DNA of 36,351 nucleotides from Escherichia coli (GTDB lineage Bacteria; Pseudomonadota; Gammaproteobacteria; Enterobacterales; Enterobacteriaceae): NCBI RefSeq assembly GCF_017348835.2, contig NZ_CP072313.1; one strand, 5' to 3'. Shown piece by piece: positions 35,981 to 36,351 of this stretch (position 1 is its first letter; each line of letters starts with the position of its first letter). The notes under the pieces were generated by a model. It saw only the letters and a program-made list of their open reading frames with translations, ran no database searches and was not told where the DNA came from. The position numbers and the translations under genes were made by a program.

Positions 35981-36235
35981 TACACGCTCGTAAGCGGCCC
36001 TGACGGCCCGCTAACGCGGAGATACGCCCCGACTTCGGGTAAACCCTCGTCGGGACCACTCCGACCGCGCACCGAAACTCTGTCATGGCTGAAAGCGGGT
36101 ATGGCTTAGCAGGATGGGGATAGGTAAGGTGAAATCTATCAATCAGTACCGGCTTACGCCGGGCTTCGGCGGTTTTACTCCAGTTCCACATGTAACAACG
36201 GAGTGCCGCCTTCCATGCCGCTGACGCGGCATATT
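35981..36235 (-). repeat. type-C structured element copy 2, inverted relative to every other copy
   Basis: reverse complement is about 95% identical to 7301-7554; hairpin ATGCCGC-GTCA-GCGGCAT on the minus strand. Confidence 0.8.
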
Positions 36236-36351
36236 TAGTGTGTATTATTACACAATGTTGTTTATCAGGCTGACAGTTCTCAAAATTGCCCTAAAAAAAC
36301 CAGTAACGTTCGCCGCCCCCAACGACCTAACGTTAGTGAGTGTGGGCGGAC

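Noticed and set aside
1-36351. CRISPR arrays, insertion sequences, transposases, integrases, tRNA or rRNA genes
   Set aside because: No short regularly spaced direct repeats with unique spacers, no DDE-transposase or recombinase-like ORFs, and no tRNA- or rRNA-like sequence were seen; the repeated elements are too long and too structured to be CRISPR repeats.

Overview
This window looks like most or all of a conjugative plasmid backbone from an enterobacterial-type host; all calls are from reading the sequence and remembered family motifs, with no database search. Recognisable backbone: a ParA/RHH partition pair, a VapBC toxin-antitoxin, an IncFII/IncI-type RepA with a candidate antisense RNA and a downstream origin region carrying a DnaA box, a complete VirB1-VirB11 plus VirD4 type IV secretion system, topoisomerase III, a large relaxase with accessory protein and putative oriT, and an StbA/StbB-like pair. 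Three things stand out. (1) A family of 200-330 bp GC-rich elements occurs in ten copies (three sub-types, nine in one orientation), with a 5' hairpin whose stem changes by compensatory substitutions between copies, so structure rather than sequence is conserved. (2) At 80-4950, three tandem modules each pair one such element with a near-identical sigma70 promoter and 5'UTR driving small unknown minus-strand genes, including a J-domain protein; this resembles a leading-region island with ssDNA-promoter-like (Frpo/ssi-like) elements and candidate anti-defence cargo. (3) A tight five-gene operon of unknown function (25137-27386) sits directly upstream of topB, beside a thermonuclease pseudogene remnant. 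No CRISPR array, transposase, integrase or rRNA/tRNA was found.
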